Below are positions 19,213 to 29,174 of a DNA stretch of 58,317 bases, piece after piece (position 1 is the stretch's first letter; each line of letters opens with the position of its first letter). A model generated the notes under the pieces. The model was not told the DNA's origin and searched no databases. It was given only the letters and a program-made list of their open reading frames with translations. Source of the DNA: a virus (Duplodnaviria; Caudoviricetes); the IMG/VR virus record IMGVR_UViG_3300031774_000014, positions 1 through 58,317 of that record. One strand, given 5' to 3'. A program made the translations under genes and the position numbers.

Positions 19213-19871
19213 TTATATAAACCCATACCCGTAGGGCTAATTCCTGAAAGATCGACACCAGAAGGGCTAACTCCCGTCTCCGTTAGAAGATGTCCTGAAT
19301 AGGGTGTGTCAGCGTCTGTTTGGCATAATATATAATCTATATCCGGGGCATCTTGTCCCGCTACTTGCCTTGGCGTAGCTCCATACATATTATATGCATA
19401 TGCTAAGTCTTTAATTTTTTGTTCGGACTCTGAAGCTAAAGCCTTGAAGTTTTTACTTAAATCTAATTTGTTGGTAAATAATCCCGGAATCGCTGACACC
19501 GGTCTTTTTATCGTCGTGTCTCCTTCCCTAAGCTCCGTCCAGTTTGATTGTCCGCCTCCGTCTATTCCGGAAATTGTGCTATCATAACTGCCCCTTAATA
19601 TTTTCCTGGCTTGTTTTGTGTTGTAATCCCTCAGGTACATTTCTTCCAGTATAGAGGATTCCTCATCTCCTAGCCTTGGATAAGGGTTACCATCTACCCC
19701 GGTAAAGCAAAATTTTTGATTTAATATTATATTAAGCTCTCCAAGCTTTCCGCTTAAAGAGCCCGATATACTGAGTAATTCAGCCTGCTGTTCAGTAGGG
19801 TCTTCTATGAAGTCAAATTCATATTTTAATATACCACTAGCTAGCTCACCAATTTGATTAAATGAATGCAT
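19209..19871 (-). CDS. Probable head-tail connector protein
   Basis: 220 aa downstream of MCP; LREGDTTIKR beta-hairpin resembling adaptors; GTGTA motif upstream. Confidence 0.45.
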   Translation of the reverse strand: MHSFNQIGELASGILKYEFDFIEDPTEQQAELLSISGSLSGKLGELNIILNQKFCFTGVDGNPYPRLGDEESSILEEMYLRDYNTKQARKILRGSYDSTISGIDGGGQSNWTELREGDTTIKRPVSAIPGLFTNKLDLSKNFKALASESEQKIKDLAYAYNMYGATPRQVAGQDAPDIDYILCQTDADTPYSGHLLTETGVSPSGVDLSGISPTGMGLYN

Positions 19872-19895
19872 GTAATTAAGTACACGTGAAACAAA

Positions 19896-20294
19896 TTATT
19901 GATTTAAAATCTTTAGGATATCTTTTTCTTTTTGAGAGCCAGGTTCTACCATTGGCTTCGTAATTTGAATTGATTTTAATGCTCCCTGTGCTTGTTGCTT
20001 ATATGCTTTAATTAATTTAGACTTCAGTGTAACTTTTGTTCCTGATGGGAAGACCCCTGCACTTACTGCTAATTCTTGCATTTCAGTCAATTGCATGCTA
20101 GCTAAACTTGCCTCGAATTCTTCAATTGTATTAGCCCCAAAAGGATTTTTTTGCTTTCTGCCAATCATATGTTCTAGGCTCCTTGCATAACTAGCCTCTT
20201 CCTTTATGTGGTTTTTCCCATCACTGAATTCTTGTATTTTTTTAGATGTCTTCTTTGCGGGCTTTTTTGCATTTACATTTTTTTTATTTTTCAT
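19896..20294 (-). CDS. Hypothetical protein (132 aa)
   Basis: SD (GGAG/AAAGG) upstream; follows MCP terminator. Confidence 0.7.
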   Translation of the reverse strand: MKNKKNVNAKKPAKKTSKKIQEFSDGKNHIKEEASYARSLEHMIGRKQKNPFGANTIEEFEASLASMQLTEMQELAVSAGVFPSGTKVTLKSKLIKAYKQQAQGALKSIQITKPMVEPGSQKEKDILKILNQ

Positions 20295-20343
20295 AATTTA
20301 CCTTTCTCCTTTAATCTATATATATATGATAATGTTTATAAAC

Positions 20344-20370
20344 AAAAAATCCACCGCTATGGGTGGATTC
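20344..20370 (-). terminator. Intrinsic terminator after major capsid gene
   Basis: Minus strand AATCCACC-catagc-GGTGGATT followed by T-run. Confidence 0.75.
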
Positions 20371-20397
20371 TTTGAAGTCCTTTTAGAGACGCTCTTA

Positions 20398-21480
20398 TTA
20401 TAGAGTGATTCCTGTAAGAACTCTGTTGTCGAGAATCATACGACCCTCTTCCATGGAACCGTAGTATCCAATTTTTTGTTGACGAACGCTGTATTGGTCG
20501 TCAGCAAGAAGACTAAGCTCGGATCCGCTTTCTGCATCAAGAGCAATAGCACGGAACAAGGATTCACGGCCACGGTCAAGACCGATAACCAAATCGTTGT
20601 CAGTACGAGAGCTAAGTGCATTCCAGGTAGCAAGGAATTTTTGAGCGGTACCATTAGTAGTTCCAAGCTCATTGATTTCCATGATGCTAATTCCGTAGAA
20701 TTCAGGAATTCCTCCGTTACTGTAAATAGAGTTGCGCATTTCGTCGGTTGCTGGAATAGCAGTACCAGCTCCAAGTCCCGGCTCAGTATTAATTGGGTTG
20801 TAAGCCATAGCACGAAGACCTTCTACTGCCTCAGGAGACATAATCAAGTCGGTAACACCTTTAGAGCGTCCACCTTCTGGGGCTCCACCGGTCCATGCTG
20901 TGTTAATGCGCTTTGCAAGGGTCAATAACTTATTGAAATCGTCAAGGATTAAGTTACCTCCGCTTGCGGAAACTAAGTGGTCTTGTCCGTTAGTTTGAGC
21001 ATCAGCTAAAGATCCAAGGATCAAGTTTGCAGATGTATCTTCTTGGCGAAGCAAGATTTCTTGAGCAATACGTGTAAAAGTCTTTCCAATTACATCCATG
21101 CGGGATTTAGCAGCATAACGTTTGTCAAAGTCAACAGCACTATCAAGGCGATAGGTGTTAAACTTCATTTCAGAAACGGTAGGCGTTACAGTGTTGGTGG
21201 GTAACCCGCCAGGAACCGTGGTGCTGTAAACCTTAACATAGTCTGGAGCAGTTACATCATAGTAAAGGTCCAAGGGAATGCTAGGGCTATCCATCTCGTT
21301 GAATTGAAAGCTCGTGAAAAGATTGCTTAAAGTAGGAGCTTGGCCGATAACTTCGGACAATACTGGCCCGATGAATTCAGCTAATGCTTGCTGAGCCTCG
21401 TAAGCGACATCTCTGTTACGAGAGGCCATGGCTTTTACAAGTTCTACTTGTTCTTCTGTTCTCTTAAGTGTGATTTTCAT
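20398..21480 (-). CDS. Major capsid protein (HK97 fold)
   Basis: 360 aa; order portal-protease/scaffold-decoration-this ORF; AGAGGAC RBS; DLIMSPE and capsid-like C-terminus; strong terminator after. Confidence 0.85.
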   Translation of the reverse strand: MKITLKRTEEQVELVKAMASRNRDVAYEAQQALAEFIGPVLSEVIGQAPTLSNLFTSFQFNEMDSPSIPLDLYYDVTAPDYVKVYSTTVPGGLPTNTVTPTVSEMKFNTYRLDSAVDFDKRYAAKSRMDVIGKTFTRIAQEILLRQEDTSANLILGSLADAQTNGQDHLVSASGGNLILDDFNKLLTLAKRINTAWTGGAPEGGRSKGVTDLIMSPEAVEGLRAMAYNPINTEPGLGAGTAIPATDEMRNSIYSNGGIPEFYGISIMEINELGTTNGTAQKFLATWNALSSRTDNDLVIGLDRGRESLFRAIALDAESGSELSLLADDQYSVRQQKIGYYGSMEEGRMILDNRVLTGITL

Positions 21481-21510
21481 GTTTTTTTGTGTCCTCTCTT
21501 GACTTACAGA

Positions 21511-22185
21511 TTAAAGATCAATTTTGATGATATAGTATGATCCAGTTGAACCATCTCCAGCAAAGTAGTCGGCGGATTGAGGATCGTAGACATCTCCACG
21601 GTTTCCTACTCCAAGGCATTTTCCAACAACTGTGTTTCCGCTGCCACCTTCTGCACGGAACTTTCCTCCGGCTCCCAATGCGACTAAATCTCCGACTGAA
21701 GGCTCGTTACCTGCAATGACTGCGCTTGCTGCAACCGTGATAATACCCTTAGTGAGTACTGGTACAACTTCGCCTGGAAGTACAGCTTGAAGCTCGAGTG
21801 CTTTTTGGCGATAGTAAAGAAGCTTTTCTCCATTTTCGTCGAATGCTAAAGTTTGATTCAAGGTAACACCAAGAACAATGTCGGTTCCGCTTGCTACTTC
21901 AAATTTTGGAGCGGCTTCAGGATTAACGTTACGCCCTACATGGGGGTAACCAGTTTCACCAAGATAAGCATTAAGCTCTGTAGATCCTTGGCCGTCACTT
22001 CCGTAACCGGCTGGTTCTCCAGCTGCCCAACTGCCATCAGTAACCTTTACTAAGGTACCTGCATCGTGAGCTCCTGAAGCTGCGTGAGTAAAGCCACTTA
22101 AAGTAGCACCACTTACGTCTAGTGAAAACAAATTCACTACGAAGTGTTCGTTGTATTGTCTGAATGGTAGTAGTCTATTAGCCAT
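21511..22185 (-). CDS. Head decoration/cement protein
   Basis: 224 aa Gly-rich, between scaffold and MCP, same AGAGGAC RBS. Confidence 0.6.
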   Translation of the reverse strand: MANRLLPFRQYNEHFVVNLFSLDVSGATLSGFTHAASGAHDAGTLVKVTDGSWAAGEPAGYGSDGQGSTELNAYLGETGYPHVGRNVNPEAAPKFEVASGTDIVLGVTLNQTLAFDENGEKLLYYRQKALELQAVLPGEVVPVLTKGIITVAASAVIAGNEPSVGDLVALGAGGKFRAEGGSGNTVVGKCLGVGNRGDVYDPQSADYFAGDGSTGSYYIIKIDL

Positions 22186-22201
22186 TTTTTATGTCCTCTT
22201 T

Positions 22202-23794
22202 TTAGTATTGAATTTGTACACCGTCCTTAGAGAAAGATTTTTTAAACTTTTCCCTTAAAGAAATTTCTTCTTCGATTGACTCGCTATTATTATTCGCAAC
22301 AGCTTCTTCTTCGGTCTCTGCGGATTCGATAACTTCTTCTGCGGCTGCCTCTGTTTCTTCAGCGGTTTCTGCCTCAGCTTCGGTTTCGTTGGCGAGAGAT
22401 GCAAGACGTTTTTGAACCTCTTCCTCAATCTTTTCATTAAAAATCTTTTCTTGCTCTTCTTTGAAAGCTTTTGTCTTATGTTTCCATACTACATTTAATT
22501 TTTCTTTGTATTGAGCATAAGCCTCTTCGGATGAATCAAGTTCTTTAAGCTCTGAAGCTAAAAGGACTCTGTCTTCATCTTCTAGCAAAAATTCACTATC
22601 AAGTTCGGTCATTCTTTCGTTGAACCTCTCGGATTCTTGTTGTGCAGCCACTTCAGTTTTGATAGTAGCAAGCTCTTCGCTAACTTCAGAAAGCTTTACT
22701 TTCATATCTTCAAGATCTTGATCGGAAACCTCTTGAGCTTTAGCAAGCTCTTCTTTTTCCTTCTGAAGGTCTTCTTTTTCTTGCTGCCATTTTTCGCTCT
22801 TGTCGATAATAGCATCATGAAATACTTTAGTAATATTAGCAATAGCCTCTTCAGACAATTTCTTGGAAGAAGCTTGAGCCTCGAGTGTTTCGGTTACTTG
22901 ATTTAGAATTTCTTTGTCCATAATGTGCTTTAGTTTATGATTCTTGTTAATGATTACATTGCCTTTATGTAAATGGGAACTTTTTTCTTGTAAAAAATTA
23001 TTTTTTATTTTCAATACTTCTATCGATGCCTCAGTTTCTTTATCATCTTCGTTTTGCAACTCATCCTCTGTTAATAAAACCACCCCTTTGACATCAGCCG
23101 CAGGATTAGATGTAAAGCCTATACCGATTGGGTAAATGTCTCCAACTATTAACCTATGAACTTCTTCACCTTTGTCGGTTCTGCCATTTCCCCCATATGC
23201 TTTAAGGAATTTTGAATATTCGTCTCTTTGCTCTCTTGGGATGATTGTTGCCTCTTCTAAATTCTCACTGCCTACCGCAATAACATAATCGTTAAATCCA
23301 ATTTCCCAGCTTGCAGACACGGTTTGGTAAAGCTCGCTTTCCTTGTCTGTTGATTTTTCGACCAGTTCCGCAAACTCTGGGTTAACTGTTTTATACACTA
23401 CGGCAGAGAGAGCTATATTAAATGGCTTTGCAGTTAATGAAGCATCTTCGGTCGCCAAAACTTCGTTACTTCCATAAGATGACAATGATGCACCTACGAT
23501 ATGGCCCACTACCTTTTGCTTTTGATGTTCAATATTCGTAGGTTTATGAATAAAGTAATCCTTGATAGCTAATGCCGTGGCGGTATCTATTCCGTCGCCG
23601 TTTTTATTAAACCTATTAGCTACAGCCGCATTAAATGCAACCCCAACTAAGTCGATGTTTTTCTCGAAGTCAATATTGTCAGGGGCCAGCTCTTTCAGTG
23701 AATCAAGTGATGCAGAACTTATTAGTTGATCACTATCGTTATTTTGTACAGCTATACTCTCTTCAAAACTAGTTATATATTTATATGGAAGCAT
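22202..23794 (-). CDS. Prohead protease fused to scaffolding domain (probable nested scaffold start at 22921, MDKEIL)
   Basis: N-half with NKNGD, NIEH..VVGHI and SASWE, as in herpes/HK97-type maturation proteases; C-half acidic coiled coil. Confidence 0.75.
   Translation of the reverse strand: MLPYKYITSFEESIAVQNNDSDQLISSASLDSLKELAPDNIDFEKNIDLVGVAFNAAVANRFNKNGDGIDTATALAIKDYFIHKPTNIEHQKQKVVGHIVGASLSSYGSNEVLATEDASLTAKPFNIALSAVVYKTVNPEFAELVEKSTDKESELYQTVSASWEIGFNDYVIAVGSENLEEATIIPREQRDEYSKFLKAYGGNGRTDKGEEVHRLIVGDIYPIGIGFTSNPAADVKGVVLLTEDELQNEDDKETEASIEVLKIKNNFLQEKSSHLHKGNVIINKNHKLKHIMDKEILNQVTETLEAQASSKKLSEEAIANITKVFHDAIIDKSEKWQQEKEDLQKEKEELAKAQEVSDQDLEDMKVKLSEVSEELATIKTEVAAQQESERFNERMTELDSEFLLEDEDRVLLASELKELDSSEEAYAQYKEKLNVVWKHKTKAFKEEQEKIFNEKIEEEVQKRLASLANETEAEAETAEETEAAAEEVIESAETEEEAVANNNSESIEEEISLREKFKKSFSKDGVQIQY
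22953..22979 (-). promoter_or_regulatory. TTCCCATW-TACAT-N7-ATGTAAT motif, copy 2 (internal, upstream of nested scaffold start/decoration/MCP)
   Basis: Near-identical to 15045-15071; about 30 nt upstream of in-frame ATG 22921. Confidence 0.55.
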
Positions 23795-23836
23795 AATATT
23801 TTTTTAAATTAAAAATGATACTTTATATAGATACAC

Positions 23837-25846
23837 TTATTTTTTATTTTTTTTACTATGATACAGTATAGCCGCAGGATAAGATACTATTTTATGCTCT
23901 TCTCCAACCTCTAATACTTCAGGCATAATATTTAAATCTTCTATATTATTAAAATCTTTAATGCATTCGCTTGCCTTGCTTTTCCAGCAGTCCATATTGG
24001 AAGACATGACTATACTTTCAGAAAGACTCTCTATCATTGTTTTATGGTTTTTAGATAAACGCTTCTTGTCGTATGCTTTCTTGAGTTCAGATTCCATATG
24101 TTTACCCAAGTCTTCAATGGCATATATAACGGACTGTATGTCAGCTCTACTGTATGAATCTTCTTTTGCGAGTAAATTGTTTGTTTTTGTTTTTGTGCCA
24201 GCGGGTCTTCCTGTTTCTTGCTGGGTGGATTGTTGTGGCTGGCTTTGATCTAGCTCCTGACCTTCTGGTAAAATAGGCTGAGCGACACTCAGGGGGGTAT
24301 AAAAACCCTGCTCCCTTTGTTCTACGAATTTTTCTTGGGCAGACTTTAAGTCGGAAGGGTTTGGGTAAACGCCTTGCTTGAGGGCAGTCATTCCTTGCTC
24401 TGGGGTTATGATGCCCATCTCGATAAGTCTAGAAGTTACTCTATGCATTTGCACTTCATCTTTAATATCTATCTCCACAAACTTCGCCTTGGGGTAGTTC
24501 TTGAATCCCATGGCCTTGCAAACCTCTTTTATTTGTGGCTGTAAAATGTCATTAAGGAATGTGTTCCTTGCTTCTTTTAGCCTCTCGAGAAATATTTGAG
24601 CTTTAACTTGAGTGCTGGAGTAGTTTTCTTTACCCACGATAATATTCTGCAAACCCTCCTTGATGTCTTCGTTAACTATATCGTATTTATCGGATCCAAG
24701 AACTTTGTTTAGGTCAGGGATTACAAATTCCGCCTTTGTGGTATAGTCTGCTATTAATGCTCTACCTATGCTTTCATTTTGAAATAAATCCTGCATAGCC
24801 TTCAAGTTGTTTGGGTTTATTCCTCCTTTGTCAGGAGTATTACCCATTGTAACTAGTAATATAACATTTTCAATAGTTCGAGTAATTGCCTGGTCCACTT
24901 TCTTGAGTTCCATCTTCCAGTTTATATCATCAAGAACCGGAAACCCAAAGGGAGTAGCAAACGGCTCGTAGTCTTGTTTTTTGTAAAAAGAGAATATAAG
25001 TTTGGATGGATCTAGACTAATTAAAACTCCTTCTTGATTAAACTGGCTACCATTAATCGCTTTTTTAGCATCCTCAGGAAGGGCATCAAATACTTCTTGG
25101 TCGTAATCTGTCTGGGGGTGCTTAAGCTTTTGAATATCGTATTCGCTTAATATTTTCTTATAGACTCCGTCTTGAGCATCAAAAGATAATACCCTATCAG
25201 CTACAAAATCATAAGGGTTTAAGAATACATACTTAACTGGAATTTTCCTATTAGGCAATACTTCTTTTTCAGCAGCATATACTTTATTTAATTTTACTAA
25301 GTCTTCTGGAGTGAACTTAGCATTTAACTTATACATAAATACATTGCCAGACCTATAATATTCTCTAAAATACTGATCTTTAAGTTTCCATATTTCTATT
25401 CTATCCATCCATTTCTCTATAAAGTTTCTTGCTTTTTCAGACCCCCCTTCTAGGTATATGTCAGAATTTGAGAACTCAGACATTACATCGATAGCATTTC
25501 TAAAGATCGCTATATTCGCATAAGCCTTTTGGCATAGCAATATTGAGGATCGAGGGCTAATGTAATTCTTCTCATTACTGTAAGAAAGTGGACAGTCCTC
25601 TATATTCTTATATTTATTTTGTTTTTGATTTGTCGAAATATAGTTTCGTCTTGTTCTTGTTCCGTCTTCACACCCAGGCTGATTTACATTCCTGTTGCGA
25701 GATGCCTCTGCATAATATGCTTCCCCAGCACTTGAGGGTTTTACTTCTTCATCTTTTAATGGTAGGGAGTTCTGACTTTCTCCGGCCCCATTTGCAGTAT
25801 TAAAATTATTCCAATAATCCGATTTTTTTACATATTTTCTTGGCAT
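23837..25846 (-). CDS. Portal protein
   Basis: 669 aa between terminase and protease; portal-like FREYYRSGNVF segment. Confidence 0.8.
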   Translation of the reverse strand: MPRKYVKKSDYWNNFNTANGAGESQNSLPLKDEEVKPSSAGEAYYAEASRNRNVNQPGCEDGTRTRRNYISTNQKQNKYKNIEDCPLSYSNEKNYISPRSSILLCQKAYANIAIFRNAIDVMSEFSNSDIYLEGGSEKARNFIEKWMDRIEIWKLKDQYFREYYRSGNVFMYKLNAKFTPEDLVKLNKVYAAEKEVLPNRKIPVKYVFLNPYDFVADRVLSFDAQDGVYKKILSEYDIQKLKHPQTDYDQEVFDALPEDAKKAINGSQFNQEGVLISLDPSKLIFSFYKKQDYEPFATPFGFPVLDDINWKMELKKVDQAITRTIENVILLVTMGNTPDKGGINPNNLKAMQDLFQNESIGRALIADYTTKAEFVIPDLNKVLGSDKYDIVNEDIKEGLQNIIVGKENYSSTQVKAQIFLERLKEARNTFLNDILQPQIKEVCKAMGFKNYPKAKFVEIDIKDEVQMHRVTSRLIEMGIITPEQGMTALKQGVYPNPSDLKSAQEKFVEQREQGFYTPLSVAQPILPEGQELDQSQPQQSTQQETGRPAGTKTKTNNLLAKEDSYSRADIQSVIYAIEDLGKHMESELKKAYDKKRLSKNHKTMIESLSESIVMSSNMDCWKSKASECIKDFNNIEDLNIMPEVLEVGEEHKIVSYPAAILYHSKKNKK

Positions 25847-25870
25847 ATTTAATAGTACACCAAAGTTATT

Positions 25871-25903
25871 GAAAGTCTACTTTAAAGTTAAAAGTCGACT
25901 TTC
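25871..25903. promoter_or_regulatory. Tandem AAAGTC(G/T)ACTTT palindromes upstream of portal
   Basis: aaagtctacttt at 25872-25883 and perfect palindrome aaagtcgacttt at 25891-25902. Confidence 0.4.
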
Positions 25904-25907
25904 TGTT

Positions 25908-27782
25908 TTAAATCATCATCGGGGCAAATGTCGCAGCGGTCGGGTCTGTTTTTGCCATAGTAAAGTCATAGTAAGTCTTAATCATCCAGTTACCTAATAC
26001 TAGTGCAGAATAAGAATCTTTTCTTGTTTTTCCTGGACCTGTTTGACGTCTCAAGTTACTGGGCAGTCCAAATGTTTGAGTTCCCTGCGTAGAGGAAGAC
26101 ACTTGTATTAATGCACATTGGTTTTTTGTATAATTAACCATGTCATACTGGTGATCCAGGAAATCTATAATCTTAGAGGCTCCAGCATTTTTTAAAACTT
26201 CTTTTTGGTTTGGCAGAAATGTTAAACCGTCAATAGGTACTTTGGCTTTTACTTGTTGATGATAACTTTCATCTAATGCCCGGCACCCAAATGATATCCT
26301 CTTATGGTCAAAATTAGCTTGCAATAATTCGTTTGCTCTTCGAATCCAGTCGGATGTAGCTTTTCTTAATACACATATTCTTTTGTCCTTTATATTGTAT
26401 TGATTCTTGGCCTGCAATAAAACATCTTGATATTTCTCTAGGTCATCAAAGTTGGCTGTAATCTCACCGATATTAATACCGCTTTTATTAAACTGCTCGC
26501 TAGCATTTGCGGCCTGCATAAACTGAACACCTCCACCATAGTCACCAACAATAGCTACTATATTAAAATTTGTTAATAAATAATGAAAATAATTAATATG
26601 ATCTTGCATTTTTAAACCAGGCATTGCATAACTATGAATTAATGTCCCTGTCTGGGTATTATCGTTTAATTTAAACACATGTATAGCAAAGTCATCAGAG
26701 CTTTCTGATTCTGCCCAACTAGGGTCAAAAGCTAGCAAATATTTAGAGTCCCTATCTCCAGATATTTCTAGGTGAGGCCCCTCTCCATCCTTGACGGTAC
26801 ATTCCGCCATGGTAGATGTCTTAAAGTACCCAGAACTATCATCGGTAAATACAGCATTAAATTCCCTATCGAATTGAGATTGACTCATGGTCTGTTTTGA
26901 TTGATTAATCAAGTTTTGATCATAAAGAGCTTTTGGGGCTACATCATAGCTAAAATGCATAATAACTCTCTTAGAAGTATCTAAGCTATTGTCAGGCATG
27001 CCATTTAATATCAAATCTTCAAAAGTTTCATATACTTTATATAAGTATTCGAATTTATAACTAGCAGAAGATAAAGCTATTAATTTATTGTTTGGCCATT
27101 GATATCTGTCTGCTTCTTTCATTTTTCCTTGAGCTATAAGGTCGTCTTCAAGCTTCCTAACCTTTTCACGTTCGGTAGGGTTTTGAACAACACTTAAGAA
27201 CGGCAAGATAACTTCGTTGTATATATGCTCAGGCATTAAAAGAAACTCGTCAATAATAATCCTATGAAACCTAAAACCTCGAAGCTTTGACCCGTCGCCT
27301 AATGGTAATGCGATAATCCTGGACTCTCCAATTTCTAGTGTCCATTGGTCATTCTTTTTAGATTTTTTTGTTATGCATTGTGCTAAAAACTGGGCCTCTG
27401 GTTTATTGGCAATGTCTTCGATTTTTTCAAATATCATTTTTGACTGCCTGAAAGTAGCTGCCATAATACCTATTTGGACCCCTTGATTAAATATAGCATC
27501 GAGAAATGCATATATAGCGGTGCTGAAAGACTTAGACATGCCCCGGCTCCATATACCCAGGAAATAATCTGTTTCAAGCATTGATTTAATTGCAAGGTGC
27601 TGAAATGGGAATAAGTCCACCCCAGCAATAAGGTTGGTAGTAAAGGTTATATTTTCTCGCAAGAAATTATGTAAATGATACTTGGCATCTTTCTCTTCAA
27701 GATGCCCTGTTATTTTAAGTAGCTCCTCATTTATATTCGGAGTATTTTTCTTAATTAAGAATTTACCTTCTTCCCAGGACAT
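25908..27782 (-). CDS. terL: Terminase large subunit
   Basis: LFPFQ adenine motif, Walker A SRGMSKS, Walker B IIIDE, coupling motif LSSA, nuclease LAFDP and RKDSYSAL. Confidence 0.92.
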   Translation of the reverse strand: MSWEEGKFLIKKNTPNINEELLKITGHLEEKDAKYHLHNFLRENITFTTNLIAGVDLFPFQHLAIKSMLETDYFLGIWSRGMSKSFSTAIYAFLDAIFNQGVQIGIMAATFRQSKMIFEKIEDIANKPEAQFLAQCITKKSKKNDQWTLEIGESRIIALPLGDGSKLRGFRFHRIIIDEFLLMPEHIYNEVILPFLSVVQNPTEREKVRKLEDDLIAQGKMKEADRYQWPNNKLIALSSASYKFEYLYKVYETFEDLILNGMPDNSLDTSKRVIMHFSYDVAPKALYDQNLINQSKQTMSQSQFDREFNAVFTDDSSGYFKTSTMAECTVKDGEGPHLEISGDRDSKYLLAFDPSWAESESSDDFAIHVFKLNDNTQTGTLIHSYAMPGLKMQDHINYFHYLLTNFNIVAIVGDYGGGVQFMQAANASEQFNKSGINIGEITANFDDLEKYQDVLLQAKNQYNIKDKRICVLRKATSDWIRRANELLQANFDHKRISFGCRALDESYHQQVKAKVPIDGLTFLPNQKEVLKNAGASKIIDFLDHQYDMVNYTKNQCALIQVSSSTQGTQTFGLPSNLRRQTGPGKTRKDSYSALVLGNWMIKTYYDFTMAKTDPTAATFAPMMI

Positions 27783-28884
27783 GATTATCGATAAAGTATT
27801 GGAGGTCTGTTTCCCATAGTTTTTTTCCGTACACTAATAACTTAGGTATGATATTTTGAGATTCGATGCGGGCATCTGCGACATACTTTTCGTATGCCGG
27901 TTCGAATATTTTTTTTCTCATAACCCACATTTTTTTACTAATTTTACTGGCACGGTCTTCGTTCTTGACTTTTTTTAAATTAATTAATAAATCATTTAAT
28001 TCATTATATTCATTATAAAAGTCAGAGTCGAGCTGGTCAAATAAATTTTTACCATTTTTACCAGTAAATATAAATTGACAACGACCAGCATATTCGTGAG
28101 ACAATATTCTCATGTTATGCCAAATAAAAGACAAGTTAGACCTAGAACCAAATAATATATTATTTTTTATAATTGATTCTATAGAGCCTTCTACAACAAC
28201 AAATAAAAAAGCATCAAAGTGTTTGGCACGGTCAAGTTCTCGCTTGAATCGTTCGAAGCCCGTGGTTAATGTGCTCTTGAAGTCGCTTTCGTCCTTTCGA
28301 TCAACATAAGTATAGTTGTAATAAGGATCACCCACGGCATAATCACCGAAGTCTAACTTTAAGCTTGTACTTTTCTTAAACTCTAATGGTTTTCGCTCGC
28401 GAGTATCAATCATAATCTTCACATCATCCAGTTCTGGATTTGAAGCAAAAAAGTCTTTCATCAATCCTTTAGGGTATAAAGGAGGAACTCCAACCTCTTC
28501 ACAAGCTTTAGAATAGGATCCAAAATACTCTCTAAACATATCGATAGAAGGCATCTTATTGAGACATAATTCAAGATGCGGAGGGGCAGACTTCAGTTCT
28601 TTGCCCGTTACACGGGCTTTGAGCTGTTTCAGCATCAAACCCCGAACTTCTTCAATTTTAGTATTTTTAGCCCAACTTATAAAATTATTTATATTTTTAA
28701 AGTCTCTATTAAAGTAATCAGTAAAGTCTTTAAACTCTAATAGTTCTCCTGTATGCTTATCTCTCTTCTGATATACTTGTATATAGTATTCTGGTATTGT
28801 AAGCTTATGTATTCTGGACACATGGGAATGAAGGCCTTGCTTGTTTTTGCAGACCTTGCCGCATATCTTACAGGTTAGGGACAT
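27763..28884 (-). CDS. C2H2 zinc-finger + ERCC4/XPF-family nuclease
   Basis: CKIC...HVSRIH finger; IDTRE, GDY, DRKxxxD motifs; start reassigned to ATG 28884. Confidence 0.75.
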   Translation of the reverse strand: MSLTCKICGKVCKNKQGLHSHVSRIHKLTIPEYYIQVYQKRDKHTGELLEFKDFTDYFNRDFKNINNFISWAKNTKIEEVRGLMLKQLKARVTGKELKSAPPHLELCLNKMPSIDMFREYFGSYSKACEEVGVPPLYPKGLMKDFFASNPELDDVKIMIDTRERKPLEFKKSTSLKLDFGDYAVGDPYYNYTYVDRKDESDFKSTLTTGFERFKRELDRAKHFDAFLFVVVEGSIESIIKNNILFGSRSNLSFIWHNMRILSHEYAGRCQFIFTGKNGKNLFDQLDSDFYNEYNELNDLLINLKKVKNEDRASKISKKMWVMRKKIFEPAYEKYVADARIESQNIIPKLLVYGKKLWETDLQYFIDNHVLGRR

Positions 28885-28934
28885 AGTTCGTTTACTGTGA
28901 GCCCGAATAATAAGCAAGGGCAGGGCCCCAGAAA

Positions 28935-29174
28935 TTAGACTGATTGCTGGGCGGTTTCCTGAACCTGAGCAGTTTCTTCTTGAGCTTTTTCTTGTGATTC
29001 GAGCTCAGAAAGAATCTTACCTTTAGTTTCGTCGTCTAATTCTTCAAATTTAGCTTCTGCCTCTTTAATGCAATAAAACTTTGCTGCATGTATAAGTCCA
29101 TTAAGGTTTAGTGACTGAAAAGTCGCATTAGCAAGAGATTGAATAATTTTTTGGTTTTGTTCTTCAGTGGTCAT
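28935..29174 (-). CDS. Hypothetical protein (79 aa)
   Basis: Overlap-coupled ORF in operon. Confidence 0.7.
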   Translation of the reverse strand: MTTEEQNQKIIQSLANATFQSLNLNGLIHAAKFYCIKEAEAKFEELDDETKGKILSELESQEKAQEETAQVQETAQQSV

